A stretch of DNA of 40,011 nucleotides from positions 1-40,011 of the IMG/VR virus record IMGVR_UViG_3300042467_000560. One strand, 5' to 3'. Under the pieces are notes generated by a model, which searched no databases, was not told the origin of the DNA, and saw only the letters and a program-made list of their open reading frames with translations. A program made the translations under genes and the position numbers. Source of the DNA: a virus (taxonomy: Duplodnaviria; Caudoviricetes). Shown in pieces: positions 15,687-26,309 of this stretch; positions within the stretch are counted from its first letter, which is position 1, and each line of letters starts with the position of its first letter.

Positions 15687-18446
15687 TTAGACGTCGTTCT
15701 TTCCGTACAGACGAAAGGGAATTCCTACAACTTTAACGTTAGCGACTATGAGAGATCCGCGATCTGTGGTCAGGATTGGTTGCGCTGCGGACGCGTGACC
15801 CTTGAGCCGCGCCTTGTGCGTGTAGCTCTGGTGCAGGCCAACTTCAAATCCGTTCGACCCAGTCCTCAATACCGGCAGCGTCGAGTAGTCCTCCCGATAT
15901 GCCGCAAGGAAGTCGTCGTTGGCGTTGGTTGGGTTATATGCGCTGTACCCGTATTTGTAGTACAGAGATCGGTCCTTCGTGACACTCTCGGCGATGTCCA
16001 AACTTTCGGAGACACCATCAAAATCAACGCTGATGTCGTAGCGCGTGTCCCAGTTCCGAAGTTCTAAGTGAAGATCTGTCCACTGCTTGTGCTCTACAGC
16101 ATCTCCGGTGTACCCGCGGAACTCAACGCGGGTTGCTATCTGATAGGACGTGCCGGTTGCATTGCGATCGAAAAGGCAATCCTTGTCGAAGTTATGGATG
16201 TAGCCGCTTTCGTCTGCGAAAACCAACCGCTCTGTACCGGATACAACCACGCGCTCGAAGAACTTCGGGTTTAGCAACTGACCTTCCCAATATCCCTCCC
16301 ACGCTTGGTTCAGGAAGTTATAGGACAGTACTCGGTCGTTGGTGCCGTCTCCACCTTCAGTCGGGTGAGCCAGCAGATAGCGGTTATCGAAGTATGCAGC
16401 GCAGGACTTCTCCCAATTCGTCTCGTCGATGTCGTCAACAAGGTTCTGGATCGAGTCCGACAGAGGCAGGATCACCGACTGAGCAATTCCGAACTCGGTC
16501 TGTTTCAGTGAGATGATCCCGCGCTGGCTCAGGAAGATGAGATCAGAGCCTGTGTTGACCACGCTGTTAGGCGCGACACAGCCGAACTCTCGTGTAACCT
16601 CAGTCAGTCGGACGTTACTGAGATCGCCATACAAGTTCTCAATAGCCAGCACGGACCGCTGCTTGAACACCACCAGCGTCGTGGAGTTGAACGCAGCAAT
16701 GGAGACCACACGATCATTGGCCCCAGTGTTGAGCTTGAAATCGTTGGTGACCTTTGCGTAGTGCAGCGGATCCAGCACGTCTGAGACGGCCAAGAAGTCG
16801 TTGCCGTACACCATCAAAAGACGGTTCTGGAAGTACAGACCATCACGTCCAGCAGGGACTGCAGCACCAGAAGCTGAAGACTTCTTGATCGTCGCCGTAA
16901 ACGAGCCGGTGATGTCCACCAGCGTGTTCGGCATCGAGGCAGTAGCCGTTGGAGCCGTCGTGTAAGCTCCACCACCGGACACGCTCGTGGTCGATGTTAC
17001 CTTGCCATCCGTGATGGTTGCGTTGAACGAAGCTCCGGTGGGGCTAAACGTGATGGTCGGAGCTGTGAGGTATCCGGAACCCTGATTGAGGATCGTCAGT
17101 CCAGACACGCTGATCGTCGGAGAACTCCCTGAAGTCTGAACGGAAAACGTAGCCCGGATGGCATCGTTGAGTGAATCAGTCTCTTCAGTGGAACCTTGGA
17201 ACAGTCTCAGAGTATTGGAATCAACAGGGTAGACGTAGAAGATGCCGTCAGCGACTCCGCCACCGGTGCTGTTGATGATCTCGACCTGATCGCCAGCTAC
17301 GAAGTTGTGGTTCGGGACCGTGATGGTATCTGCGTCAGCATCTGCAGAGACAACAGACCTAGACTCAGGGATGCGCGTGAAGCCAGCGTCAAGAGCCTGA
17401 ACATCACTGCCACCGCTGTACGTGGCCTCCATGATGAGCGGCAGGCCATCGTTCTGGTAGCTCTCCAGACCCTGAGCGATGTCGTAGCTGGTCGTATTGT
17501 TCTGCAGCTCGATGAAGAACCTGTTCGCAGAGGTCAGTCCCGCAGCCAGCTCCAGCTTATTGGCTCCAGTCAGTGAATCGGCCTGCGTTAGATGCAGGGT
17601 CACTGCGGAGTTCACCACGTTGACGTAGACACCAAATCCCTCACCAGATCCAGTGGCACCAATCCAGAGTGGTGTCTGGGTTCCCGTCTGACCAATGACA
17701 ACACGATCACCCGTCTGGAGATCAGGTGTAACGTTGAGCGTTATGGTGTCAGTCGTCGCGTTGACGTCGGTTCCGTTGAAATAGTACCGAGCTGGACCCG
17801 GACGCAGCATGACCACCGAATCACCGCACTGAATAAGCCGAACACGGTCATAGAAGTCGTGACCGTTCATCGGGATCTCCAAGTGCGACTGATTGGGCCG
17901 CAGCAGGAAGACCCGTCCCTGACCGCCATCCGTGGTCCTAGCCACGTTTGAGGCAACGAGTAGAGACTGAGTTCCAGTGGTCTGATCTCGATACTTCAGC
18001 AGCGCCACGATGTCTGTAATTCCCGTGGTCGATGAGTAGTACTGGAACGTCTGCGGATTCGGATAGGTGAACGAGTATGCCGCAGTACTCATCACCGCGT
18101 TGGTGTTGTCCAGAGACTTAGACACCAACCTCGTTCCGTTCTTAAAGATGAGCTGTGACGCGACAGGATTACACGAGACAATCGTGTTCGGGGCGACCTG
18201 AGCCAGCCCTGAAGCCGTATTTACGGTCGAGCTGTTGGCGCTGACGTTTGCCGTGAAGCTTCCATTGACCCACAGACCGCCCCACTTGGGACGCACCACG
18301 CCCCAGCGATTCTTGATGTTCTGATCCTCGAAGCGCCGATTGATCGCCAACGAGACATACTTTGGAGGCAACAGATCAGCGTTGAGTCGAGAGTTCATTC
18401 CGATGAACCCGTCATCCTGACCGACCAGTTGTTGAATGTCTGGCAT
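15687..18446 (-). CDS. Tail nozzle / tubular protein B-like (P22 gp10-like)
   Basis: Beta-rich 919 aa; FGCVAPNSVV..LIFLSQRGI..LS propeller motif; inserted HNFVAGDQV and GSGYLTAPT repeats. Confidence 0.75.
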   Translation of the reverse strand: MPDIQQLVGQDDGFIGMNSRLNADLLPPKYVSLAINRRFEDQNIKNRWGVVRPKWGGLWVNGSFTANVSANSSTVNTASGLAQVAPNTIVSCNPVASQLIFKNGTRLVSKSLDNTNAVMSTAAYSFTYPNPQTFQYYSSTTGITDIVALLKYRDQTTGTQSLLVASNVARTTDGGQGRVFLLRPNQSHLEIPMNGHDFYDRVRLIQCGDSVVMLRPGPARYYFNGTDVNATTDTITLNVTPDLQTGDRVVIGQTGTQTPLWIGATGSGEGFGVYVNVVNSAVTLHLTQADSLTGANKLELAAGLTSANRFFIELQNNTTSYDIAQGLESYQNDGLPLIMEATYSGGSDVQALDAGFTRIPESRSVVSADADADTITVPNHNFVAGDQVEIINSTGGGVADGIFYVYPVDSNTLRLFQGSTEETDSLNDAIRATFSVQTSGSSPTISVSGLTILNQGSGYLTAPTITFSPTGASFNATITDGKVTSTTSVSGGGAYTTAPTATASMPNTLVDITGSFTATIKKSSASGAAVPAGRDGLYFQNRLLMVYGNDFLAVSDVLDPLHYAKVTNDFKLNTGANDRVVSIAAFNSTTLVVFKQRSVLAIENLYGDLSNVRLTEVTREFGCVAPNSVVNTGSDLIFLSQRGIISLKQTEFGIAQSVILPLSDSIQNLVDDIDETNWEKSCAAYFDNRYLLAHPTEGGDGTNDRVLSYNFLNQAWEGYWEGQLLNPKFFERVVVSGTERLVFADESGYIHNFDKDCLFDRNATGTSYQIATRVEFRGYTGDAVEHKQWTDLHLELRNWDTRYDISVDFDGVSESLDIAESVTKDRSLYYKYGYSAYNPTNANDDFLAAYREDYSTLPVLRTGSNGFEVGLHQSYTHKARLKGHASAAQPILTTDRGSLIVANVKVVGIPFRLYGKNDV

Positions 18447-19465
18447 CAGCGTGTAGGCACAACGATCTGCCGCACTTGCATCTCCTGTCGAGCAACCTTG
18501 TCAATTTCATCCGTTAGAGCCGACTCACCAAGCTGCAGAAACTCATTCCCAAGATCCACCTTGCCATCCACACGCAGCATTTGACCTGCGGCCCGGTACG
18601 AGCAGATCTCAGAGAACCTGTACGGGATGCTGGTTGGATCCGTCAGATACACAGGAGGCAGCAGGCGCACCTCGATGAAAACGTATGGGATCTCGTCTAG
18701 CACCAGCAGGCCATCCTCGTCGAAACCGTACTGGACGTTGCGCGTCTGCGGAATCCGTACCCTAGGGTCGTTACGGTAGACCGCGAAGATCTCGCCAAGC
18801 TCCTGCGACCTCGTGGTCCCGTCTGGATTGTCGATCTGCGAGACGTGACGGAAGAACGGATTGAGCAATCCCCAGAACTGGTTGTTCGTAGGCTCAGTGC
18901 CAGCCAAAGCAGACGAGAAACACTGGTAGTACTGCTGCGTAACCTCGTAGAGCACGATGTCTCCAACCTCATACGCCGTGTTGGAATCCCAGCTTGCATT
19001 CGAGCTGCTGGAATAGGACGGGTGAGCCTCGGCCCAGTACGTGGAGTTGAGAGTGCCGCCAGAGGTTGTTCCAACTGGAGGGATCACCTCGATGCTCTCA
19101 CCGTTCTCAAGACCAAGAGCCGTCACGCCGTCCTCAAGTCCAAGCACGAAGAAGTAGTCGGCATCGAACGTAGGAGGCTCACCAGATGAAGATGCGTCGT
19201 TAATCCACTGGTAGTACTTCTGCTCCGTTGGCCAATACACCACATCGCCGAACGAGTAGGACTCCAACGCAGAGTAAGTCGGAGCAAAGAACTCCTGCTG
19301 CGTAATCGTCTGCTCCGGCCAATCAAACGCTTCCCAAGCCTGCCGCAATGCCGTTCCGATGAACGTACGGAAGAAGTTGGCCTCCTCAGTGGTGGGCGGA
19401 TACGTCCGGCCTGTCATCTCGCAGGCTTTCCTCAGGACGTAGGAATATGTGACTGTCTTAGGCAT
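18446..19465 (-). CDS. Head-tail adaptor-like protein with two carbohydrate-binding-like repeats
   Basis: Directly upstream of the nozzle; YSFGDVVYW and WDSNTAYEVGDIVLY resemble CBM5/12. Confidence 0.65.
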   Translation of the reverse strand: MPKTVTYSYVLRKACEMTGRTYPPTTEEANFFRTFIGTALRQAWEAFDWPEQTITQQEFFAPTYSALESYSFGDVVYWPTEQKYYQWINDASSSGEPPTFDADYFFVLGLEDGVTALGLENGESIEVIPPVGTTSGGTLNSTYWAEAHPSYSSSSNASWDSNTAYEVGDIVLYEVTQQYYQCFSSALAGTEPTNNQFWGLLNPFFRHVSQIDNPDGTTRSQELGEIFAVYRNDPRVRIPQTRNVQYGFDEDGLLVLDEIPYVFIEVRLLPPVYLTDPTSIPYRFSEICSYRAAGQMLRVDGKVDLGNEFLQLGESALTDEIDKVARQEMQVRQIVVPTR

Positions 19466-19468
19466 AGA

Positions 19469-19735
19469 TCACCACGCTTTGCAGCTCCAGTACTTCGCCG
19501 ACAGCTTGGTGCCGGGATTGTCGCAGCCATGACGCGCTCGAAAGCTGGCTCTACGCTCCGGGATATGCTTCTTGATGGTCATGTTCGGATCACCGAAACG
19601 GACCAGCCGCACCTGATCTCCTTCCTTGGCCAAGACGGCAAACTTCTTGGACTCGCCGGGAGTCCGTTTGGGCTTGTTGTAGCCAGAGAAGCGTTGGCCT
19701 TTGTAGTTAATCACGTCAGTCCTTTGGGAGCGCAT
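19469..19735 (-). CDS. Conserved small basic phage protein
   Basis: YNKPKRTP..VRFGDPNM..SFRARH.C..YWSC pattern common in aquatic phages. Confidence 0.8.
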   Translation of the reverse strand: MRSQRTDVINYKGQRFSGYNKPKRTPGESKKFAVLAKEGDQVRLVRFGDPNMTIKKHIPERRASFRARHGCDNPGTKLSAKYWSCKAW

Positions 19736-19940
19736 ACCACCCCACAGGCAGCACCACGCGGTTGGAGGATCTGACGCTCTGCCCCTTGGAGTCGAGCACC
19801 CAGACCCGAACTTTCACATCCTCGGCCAATCTTACCGGCTCACCGTTTGGCACCAGTATCACCCGAGTCGCGCAACCGCTGCTCATGCTTGCGAATGCGA
19901 TCCAACAGCTTGTCGCGCAGGCTAGGATCACGTTTCGCAT
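19716..19940 (-). CDS. o-spanin-like lipoprotein
   Basis: Hydrophobic leader with lipobox-like SSGC; overlaps the i-spanin-like gene. Confidence 0.6.
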   Translation of the reverse strand: MRNVILACATSCWIAFASMSSGCATRVILVPNGEPVRLAEDVKVRVWVLDSKGQSVRSSNRVVLPVGWYALPKD

Positions 19941-20013
19941 CTTCACTGGTCTGGTCCTTTCGCAGTAGGTACTCAATGAACTTGAGCACCGCCAAGACCA
20001 ACTGCTCGATCAC
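19840..20013 (-). CDS. i-spanin-like protein, 57 aa
   Basis: Manual translation MIEQLVLAVLKFIEYLLRKDQTSEDAKRDPSLRDKLLDRIRKHEQRLRDSGDTGAKR; GTGA overlap with the holin; not in the track. Confidence 0.55.
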   Translation of the reverse strand: MIEQLVLAVLKFIEYLLRKDQTSEDAKRDPSLRDKLLDRIRKHEQRLRDSGDTGAKR

Positions 20014-20192
20014 AGCGCAGGAGGAGGCGTGGCCTTGCTCTTAGAGAAGTAACCCCAAGCCGCAGCAATGAGCGTAATGATTGCGCCAACGACTTCGGGG
20101 AGCTGGTCAGCACTGACGAGGCCCTTGGCAACCAAGAAGCCACCAGCGGCACTCAGGACGTGGCGTATGAGGGATTTGATAGAGTCGTTCAT
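20010..20192 (-). CDS. Holin-like two-TM protein
   Basis: IRHVLSAAGGFLVAKG..VGAIITLIAAAWG with a basic tail. Confidence 0.7.
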   Translation of the reverse strand: MNDSIKSLIRHVLSAAGGFLVAKGLVSADQLPEVVGAIITLIAAAWGYFSKSKATPPPAL

Positions 20193-20368
20193 GGTTTATC
20201 TTTCCAGTGTCTGATGTGCTTGTAGATGACAATAAGGCCGATGACACAGCCGATACAGAGTGACGCGAACCGAACGTAAGGACTAAACACCTCGATGTAA
20301 GAGATCGCCACACCACCTCCGGTGCTTCCTATACCAACAATGGCGTCCTTTAGATCGTTGGTGTTCAT
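20189..20368 (-). CDS. Small membrane protein (holin/antiholin-like), 59 aa
   Basis: Manual translation MNTNDLKDAIVGIGSTGGGVAISYIEVFSPYVRFASLCIGCVIGLIVIYKHIRHWKDKP; ATGA-coupled; not in the track. Confidence 0.65.
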   Translation of the reverse strand: MNTNDLKDAIVGIGSTGGGVAISYIEVFSPYVRFASLCIGCVIGLIVIYKHIRHWKDKP

Positions 20369-20372
20369 GAGA

Positions 20373-22478
20373 TTAGGCAGAGAAATACGATCCAGAAGCG
20401 TACACGGTAAACGCCCCAGCAGGAATCAATGTCTGAGCAAGAGTTCCGGTATCAGTATGGTAGCATCTAATTGCACCAAGACTGCTAACAACAAGAGCTG
20501 GGTTTATCAGCCCAACTTGGCCTCCAACAGTTGAAACTCCAGTCACTGCTATGGTGCATGTAGTCTCTTCATTGTTAGGAGCAGCAACAGCCAAAGTAGG
20601 AAGGCCAACCTGAATCATCCCGCTTCCAGTGTGTCCAGAATTGACGGATACCTTGATTCTGAAAAAGACACGCTTCCCAATACGGTGCCACCTTCCGTAC
20701 TGAACAGTATAAGTTCCAGCTCCAGCAGAAGATGATCCAGTAACAACAGGAGTGTATGATGTTTCTACTATGTCGTTATACTCAGATGCAAACGCGCTGG
20801 ATAATCCGTTTAGCACATTCTCAAAGAACTGATTCGTTGATGCTGTAAATGTGTGACCAGCCTCCTTTTGAATAGCAATCTGAGTCTTTCCAGTTGGAGA
20901 AACAAATACGTTTCCGTTGAATGTAACGTATGACGATGTTCCGGTGTTGAAATCAACGGCATTCGCGGATCCTAGGGTTCCAGCTCCGCAATCATTGAAT
21001 GTATTGTTTTCAATCAACAGTCTGCTGCACTTGAAAATTTCCAATCCAATACCGCCACTTGAACCGCACAGAGTGAATGAGTTGCTGATTAGCTTGCAAT
21101 CAAGCAGATTATCGTTTGCTGTGTTATAAGAAAGCAGAGCCTGATTTGTCGATCCAAGGAAACTGTTCCCAACAATCAACGATTCCTTGCAATTAAACAA
21201 ACTGAACGGCCTGTTTGAAGATGTAATTATATTGTTAGACATCTTTAGGCACGCATTAGTTGTCGATTCAGCAACACCTCCTGAAATTACTTGGCCATAA
21301 AAGATACCATTCCCAGCGCATGTGTTGATGTTATTTCCTTCAATCAAAAATCCACTCGGAGCAGTCGTGTATGATACCGTTGGAAAGTAAACAGAAATAG
21401 CTCCAACGTTTCCACCAATGTCGTAAAACTTATTGTTAACAACTTTGATGTCCTTGATTATGTGGAATGTAAAAGCATCAGGCTCAATATCAACGGCTCC
21501 AGGCATCGTTGATTTTGTGCATGACTTGAAATAGCAGTCGCTAACAAGGAATCCATCACAGTCGATGACGCTTACTCCATTTCGGTTGTCTTTGTTTACG
21601 CCATCAAACACGCAGTTTGTAATTACAACGTTCGTGTTGTGTCGCTCGTGTCCTGCTGTGGCTCCAGATCCGATGTAAACACCGTCACCTCGGAATCCAA
21701 TCAGTTTGGTGTTGTAGATCTTGGCATCAACGACTCCGTTTAGTGAAATCAGATGCTGGAATTCACTAAATCCGAGGGTCGCTACTTTGCCGTCAATTTG
21801 AAGGTCATGGATGATGATTCCTTTCAGCTTAACGGATGAAGATCCGCTGTCTGCATGCAAGCATCCAAACGAAGCCCCATTGGTTTGACTCTTGATTAAG
21901 ACTGTAGAGTCAATTCCGGATCCAAAAATCTCAGAGCCTTCACGAAGCAGAAGCCCGTATGTAGCAGTGCCTTGGATGTTGTAGCTTCCAGATGGAATAA
22001 ATACAGATAGCGATGCGTTGATGGCGTTCTGAATTGCTGCTGTATCGTTAGTTGTGGAGTCGCCCTTGGCTCCAAACTGCTTTACGTTCACCGGCCCACT
22101 ATACTGCAACAGGAACCGTCCAGACCCAGCCGTTGGAGCGATCACCGTCCCACCGTTGTCGCTGGCCGCGCTAGAGGAGTTGTAGGTGTAGGCACCTTGT
22201 CCGCCGTCATTGTCGCTGTAGTAGCCTCGCGTGATGTAGAGCTGTCCGTCAGCAACACCGGACACAGTCAGCGCCTTCAAAGCCGCCACGTTGTCCACGA
22301 CGATGGCCTTGCTTCCGGTGGCTCCGAAGATAGCGGCATCGATCTGACTGACAGTGATCTTCTTGGTGGTGCCAGATGATGCCTGTGTGGTGTCGCTGAC
22401 ATCTACGATTGCGAGCGGATCAACCGTGGTGTTGACCGTTGAGATCGCTGTCAGGTCGGTGATCTTGGTGGCTGGCAT
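20373..22478 (-). CDS. Tailspike with pectate-lyase-like beta-helix (depolymerase)
   Basis: VNVKQFGAKGD..DTAAIQNAI..IPSGSY; Asn/Cys ladder repeats; lower GC. Confidence 0.85.
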   Translation of the reverse strand: MPATKITDLTAISTVNTTVDPLAIVDVSDTTQASSGTTKKITVSQIDAAIFGATGSKAIVVDNVAALKALTVSGVADGQLYITRGYYSDNDGGQGAYTYNSSSAASDNGGTVIAPTAGSGRFLLQYSGPVNVKQFGAKGDSTTNDTAAIQNAINASLSVFIPSGSYNIQGTATYGLLLREGSEIFGSGIDSTVLIKSQTNGASFGCLHADSGSSSVKLKGIIIHDLQIDGKVATLGFSEFQHLISLNGVVDAKIYNTKLIGFRGDGVYIGSGATAGHERHNTNVVITNCVFDGVNKDNRNGVSVIDCDGFLVSDCYFKSCTKSTMPGAVDIEPDAFTFHIIKDIKVVNNKFYDIGGNVGAISVYFPTVSYTTAPSGFLIEGNNINTCAGNGIFYGQVISGGVAESTTNACLKMSNNIITSSNRPFSLFNCKESLIVGNSFLGSTNQALLSYNTANDNLLDCKLISNSFTLCGSSGGIGLEIFKCSRLLIENNTFNDCGAGTLGSANAVDFNTGTSSYVTFNGNVFVSPTGKTQIAIQKEAGHTFTASTNQFFENVLNGLSSAFASEYNDIVETSYTPVVTGSSSAGAGTYTVQYGRWHRIGKRVFFRIKVSVNSGHTGSGMIQVGLPTLAVAAPNNEETTCTIAVTGVSTVGGQVGLINPALVVSSLGAIRCYHTDTGTLAQTLIPAGAFTVYASGSYFSA

Positions 22479-22484
22479 GGTAGA

Positions 22485-22733
22485 TTAGTACTTGCGGTTG
22501 TGTGCGATGAACGTACCCGCAGAGGCTGCGATCGACGAGAAAACACCGATGATCTCAGTGCCTGCTGGGATGGACACCGCAGTCGGAAAGTTGGTGATGT
22601 TACATGTGACCGCCGAAAACGTGCATGCGGTGAGGCACTGCAATTTCCAGAAATCACCAGTCACAGCAGCGGTCGAGGTGTTGGCTTTTCCGCCGTACTC
22701 TCCGCCTAGCTGACGATTAGCTCCTACATTCAT
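22485..22733 (-). CDS. Small beta-rich virion protein
   Basis: 82-aa ORF in the structural operon. Confidence 0.7.
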   Translation of the reverse strand: MNVGANRQLGGEYGGKANTSTAAVTGDFWKLQCLTACTFSAVTCNITNFPTAVSIPAGTEIIGVFSSIAASAGTFIAHNRKY

Positions 22734-22774
22734 GCGTGGTCTAGTTCAGTGTTTGTTGTCTACCTTTCAAGATC

Positions 22775-23200
22775 TCAGTTCGGATTCTGCGCTATGGCAG
22801 CAGCGGACTTGTACAGGTCATCGACGTGAGCGTTAGTCCATCCCAGCTCGTTCTGCAGCATCATGATGATCGGACTGTCTCGCACGATGTTCTCCTTGTA
22901 CTCCCAACGGTTCCAACCAATGGACCTCTGAGGCTCTGGAAGGCCATTTAGTGCGGCTGCAATGGCGGTCATCTCACCGGCCTGCATCACAGCCTCACGC
23001 AATGCCCACATCGACACCTGCGTCGGGACAGGGATTACGATCGGAGCGACCACCCACGCGCCATCCACCCATTGGCATGTTTCAGTAGCAGGATCGTACG
23101 GAGGCTGCGGTGCCTCAACCCAGCCCTTGCGGAGAAGTGTGGCAATGATCTCTGGATCAGTCTCGGAACGAAGCTGCTTGTCGTATGTGAGGTAGGTCAT
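22775..23200 (-). CDS. Tail-fibre-associated / chaperone-like protein
   Basis: PPYDPATETCQWVDGAW and WEY..RDSP..VDDLY patterns; follows the fibre genes. Confidence 0.65.
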   Translation of the reverse strand: MTYLTYDKQLRSETDPEIIATLLRKGWVEAPQPPYDPATETCQWVDGAWVVAPIVIPVPTQVSMWALREAVMQAGEMTAIAAALNGLPEPQRSIGWNRWEYKENIVRDSPIIMMLQNELGWTNAHVDDLYKSAAAIAQNPN

Positions 23201-23889
23201 GAGCAGGCGGTCTTAAATGAGAACCCAATAGAGTGCTCGTAACGTTTACGTAGTGATGAGGCAAGACTTCCGGTGATGTGGATCAACGCTGCAATGTCTC
23301 CATTTGTCTTCGTGTTGTCCCAGTCTCGAATTCCTATCGAATCAACAACAAACACTGTCGAAGTTCCCGGCGAGGTTGAAATTGTTTTTGATTCACCGTT
23401 CCTCCATATGAAATTTACTGGCCCAGTATTGTAGTACGAAGTTGCTATAGCAAACACCGTCATATCGCATGCACCTGCGTAATAAACGTAAGTACCCGGA
23501 CTTGAGTATAATGATTTTACAGTGCCGCTATCGTAGTAGTAATTTGTATACGGAAGGCCGCTTGCTGATGTTTTATTAACAACTGTCGGGCAAATTGTTG
23601 ACGAAGATTTATACAAAATAATAGCAACATGCTCAACAGAAACGCTTGCGCCAGACGCAAAAGTCATGAAGTCGTTGGCGCCATCGAACCTAACGATTGG
23701 ATTTCCGTTCAGTACATTTGTTTGGAAAGTTGGCTGATTGGCAGACGTTGCCTGAGATGCGTTGTTTGATCCAGCCAAGTCAGTCCACGTCGAGACACCA
23801 GTTCCACTTGTTAGATCCAGCCTCCTAGCATCGTAATGGTACGACGCCCCGGCTGGCCTTCCTGTCAGATGTCTGGCCCGTCTGTGCAT
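23197..23889 (-). CDS. Concanavalin/LamG-like virion protein
   Basis: YDA..VSTWTDLAG..QPT..NGNPIVRFDG motif. Confidence 0.7.
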   Translation of the reverse strand: MHRRARHLTGRPAGASYHYDARRLDLTSGTGVSTWTDLAGSNNASQATSANQPTFQTNVLNGNPIVRFDGANDFMTFASGASVSVEHVAIILYKSSSTICPTVVNKTSASGLPYTNYYYDSGTVKSLYSSPGTYVYYAGACDMTVFAIATSYYNTGPVNFIWRNGESKTISTSPGTSTVFVVDSIGIRDWDNTKTNGDIAALIHITGSLASSLRKRYEHSIGFSFKTACS

Positions 23890-25883
23890 TAGGCTGCGGT
23901 GTATGCGATCTCTAATCCAAGGAAGCGAGCATCAGAGGACAACGTGTCACTGCCAGATGTGGCGTTGCGATAGATCTCAATGATGATGGCTTTGTTAGCT
24001 GCAGCGGTTCCATCGACCGTGACAGCACCAGTAGATCCAGAAATATGCATCTGGTTCGCAGAGAAGTAGGTGTCAGTCACTGTGGCGGCTGCGGCCGAAA
24101 ACGCTTGGCCAAGCGCAATGTTATCACCAAACGCTCGAGCCCTAACGTTCCAAACAACATCCGTAGAAGCCGTTCCAGCAGAAGCCGTCCAGTAGAACCG
24201 AGCGGTGAAGGTGCCGTTGTTGTAATTGTTCGGCATCACCACCATCGCTTGGGCGTACTCGATCGTTCCGGGATCAAACAGCAATTCGTCTGTGTTGATG
24301 TTGCCAGTAGCCTGCTCGCGAGAGTCGATGCCGCAACCAGTCGTGGTACGCGGTATCCACTGAGCAGCCGGAATCCAAACGTTGGTAATGCTGGTTCCTC
24401 CGCCAGACGGAGTCGCCCAAGTGCCATCGCCACGCCAGAAGGTGGTGCTGCTCGCTCCTGTTCCGGAGTTGAGGTTAGTGACTGGCAGGTTTCCAGTTAC
24501 TCCAGTCGATAGCGGAAGCCCAGTGCAGCTAGTTAGAGTTCCGCTTGTCGGAGTCCCAAGTGCAGGCGTCACCAGAGTAGGACTCGTAGCAAAAACCAGA
24601 GATCCGCTTCCAGTCTCGTCGGTGACTGCGGCAGCCAGATTAGCGCTTGTCGGAGTCGTCAGGAACGTGGCAACCCCAGAAGCTGGAGTGACGGTCGCAA
24701 GAGCGCCAAGCCCCATCGAAGTGCGAGCAGTGGCGGCAGTCTGATTCTCCCAGCGATTGGTGGCGTAGACCAAGAAGTCGTTTGTCGCAGGAGTCGTCGG
24801 GTAGTTTACGTCGTGCAGCTCGTTCAGCTCGTAGCCGTTATTGACGGCGACGTAGATGATGCCGTTGGAAGGGTGAGCACTGACTACATAGCCCATTCTT
24901 ACCGCGTGGTTGGGAGCTGCTGGAATCGTGTTCACCAGCAACCCGGCAGTTGTTGGGCTGATGTATAGAAGATCGCCAGCCGCAAAAGTTGCCGTGTTGA
25001 GATCACGCAGCAGTCCGCTCGTGATGACCATTCCAGTGGCGTTGTTGGCAATGGTCTCCGCCGCAATGCCGATGGTGTTTGCGGTGTTCGGATCCGTATT
25101 CCCCTGAGCCAACGCAATCGTGAGGTTTCCAGCACTCGCACCGTTTACTCGGACAACCTGCCCGCGAGTGATTGTCGATCCTGTGGTGTTGCGCCCCAGC
25201 ACATGACTATCGACGCCAAGCAATGCGTTGACCGATCCAGCTCCAATACCAAGGTCAATGGTCTGATTGGTCGTGTCCCAGACCATCTTCGCCAAACCAA
25301 CCGTTCCGCCAGCCGTGTTGAATGTTAGGCTCTTCAACCCACTCATCTCCTGAGTGTCGCTCAACGTGACAGAGCTGTTTTGAATGAGCTGTCCAGTGGT
25401 CCCATCCCACCTAACCAAAGCGTTGTCCGTGGTGGGAGAAGCAGGACCGGAGACGTTTCCACCACCAGAGCCTCCAGTTGCCGAAATGGTGATCGTATCG
25501 GTCGATGCATCAGCCGTGATGCTGACGTTGGTTCCAGCAACCAGAGTCAGCGTATCGGAAGTGCTATCAGCAACTAGAGACTGACCACCTGCGGCAATGG
25601 TGGAGAAGATGTTCTGGTCCCCGCTGTTGGTGCCACTAAGGGTTCCAGAAGCGCCGTCAGCGATCGTGATTCCAGAAGTCTGAAGCGTGGATCCTCCAGT
25701 GCCATCAGCCCTCAGGATAGCGTTGTCCGTGGATCCAGTGTTACCTCCGATTCCACCTCCGCCACCACCACCTCCAGCGTATAGCTCAGTGAAGTTGTCG
25801 TTGCACTTGTCAAACGCTGTCCGCAGCGGATCACCAGTACCGTCATTTGCCGTTGCTCCGATGTTGATGATCTGCTGTGCCAT
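23889..25883 (-). CDS. Mosaic fibre/decoration protein, 664 aa
   Basis: N-terminal [26 protein letters not shown] (T4 gp9/10-like), poly-Gly hinges, [10 protein letters not shown] repeats, FWRGDGTW. Confidence 0.8.
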   Translation of the reverse strand: MAQQIINIGATANDGTGDPLRTAFDKCNDNFTELYAGGGGGGGGIGGNTGSTDNAILRADGTGGSTLQTSGITIADGASGTLSGTNSGDQNIFSTIAAGGQSLVADSTSDTLTLVAGTNVSITADASTDTITISATGGSGGGNVSGPASPTTDNALVRWDGTTGQLIQNSSVTLSDTQEMSGLKSLTFNTAGGTVGLAKMVWDTTNQTIDLGIGAGSVNALLGVDSHVLGRNTTGSTITRGQVVRVNGASAGNLTIALAQGNTDPNTANTIGIAAETIANNATGMVITSGLLRDLNTATFAAGDLLYISPTTAGLLVNTIPAAPNHAVRMGYVVSAHPSNGIIYVAVNNGYELNELHDVNYPTTPATNDFLVYATNRWENQTAATARTSMGLGALATVTPASGVATFLTTPTSANLAAAVTDETGSGSLVFATSPTLVTPALGTPTSGTLTSCTGLPLSTGVTGNLPVTNLNSGTGASSTTFWRGDGTWATPSGGGTSITNVWIPAAQWIPRTTTGCGIDSREQATGNINTDELLFDPGTIEYAQAMVVMPNNYNNGTFTARFYWTASAGTASTDVVWNVRARAFGDNIALGQAFSAAAATVTDTYFSANQMHISGSTGAVTVDGTAAANKAIIIEIYRNATSGSDTLSSDARFLGLEIAYTAA

Positions 25884-25886
25884 ACG

Positions 25887-26252
25887 TCAGTACTTCTTGC
25901 TGAACTTAGTGTTCGTCGGAGCAAAGCCGACCTGCAACTTGGTTCCCCCGCATTTGACGCGCACTTCCGGGTTATCGCGCTCCACCTCACGCAGGAACTG
26001 AGAGTCTTTCCAGCACTCGTAGCCTAGTTTTGCTCCCCAGTGATGGTAGAGCGTCGGATCTATACGCATCCGCAACCGGCCAATGCCATCGATGCTGCGG
26101 AGATCCTGCTGGCTATCCTTGGCGATGCGCTTCTGGTGCACTTCGGCCTTCACCAGATCCGCGTGATAGCCTGTAGCCAGTTCTTTTACAACATCCTGCC
26201 TGAGTTGTGCAGGAAGTCCTTCGAGTACGTTGTCGAGTATAGGTTGTTGCAT
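25887..26252 (-). CDS. Hypothetical head-associated protein
   Basis: Follows the capsid gene; start reassigned to MQQPILD, downstream of the terminator. Confidence 0.75.
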   Translation of the reverse strand: MQQPILDNVLEGLPAQLRQDVVKELATGYHADLVKAEVHQKRIAKDSQQDLRSIDGIGRLRMRIDPTLYHHWGAKLGYECWKDSQFLREVERDNPEVRVKCGGTKLQVGFAPTNTKFSKKY

Positions 26253-26257
26253 GATAG

Positions 26258-26296
26258 AAAAAAGGGGAGCACCCACCGATATGGCAGATGCTCCCC
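26258..26296 (-). terminator. Rho-independent terminator after the major capsid gene
   Basis: GGGGAGCAUCUGC-loop-GUGGGUGCUCCCC followed by U6. Confidence 0.85.
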
Positions 26297-26309
26297 GTTG
26301 AGTGATTGA

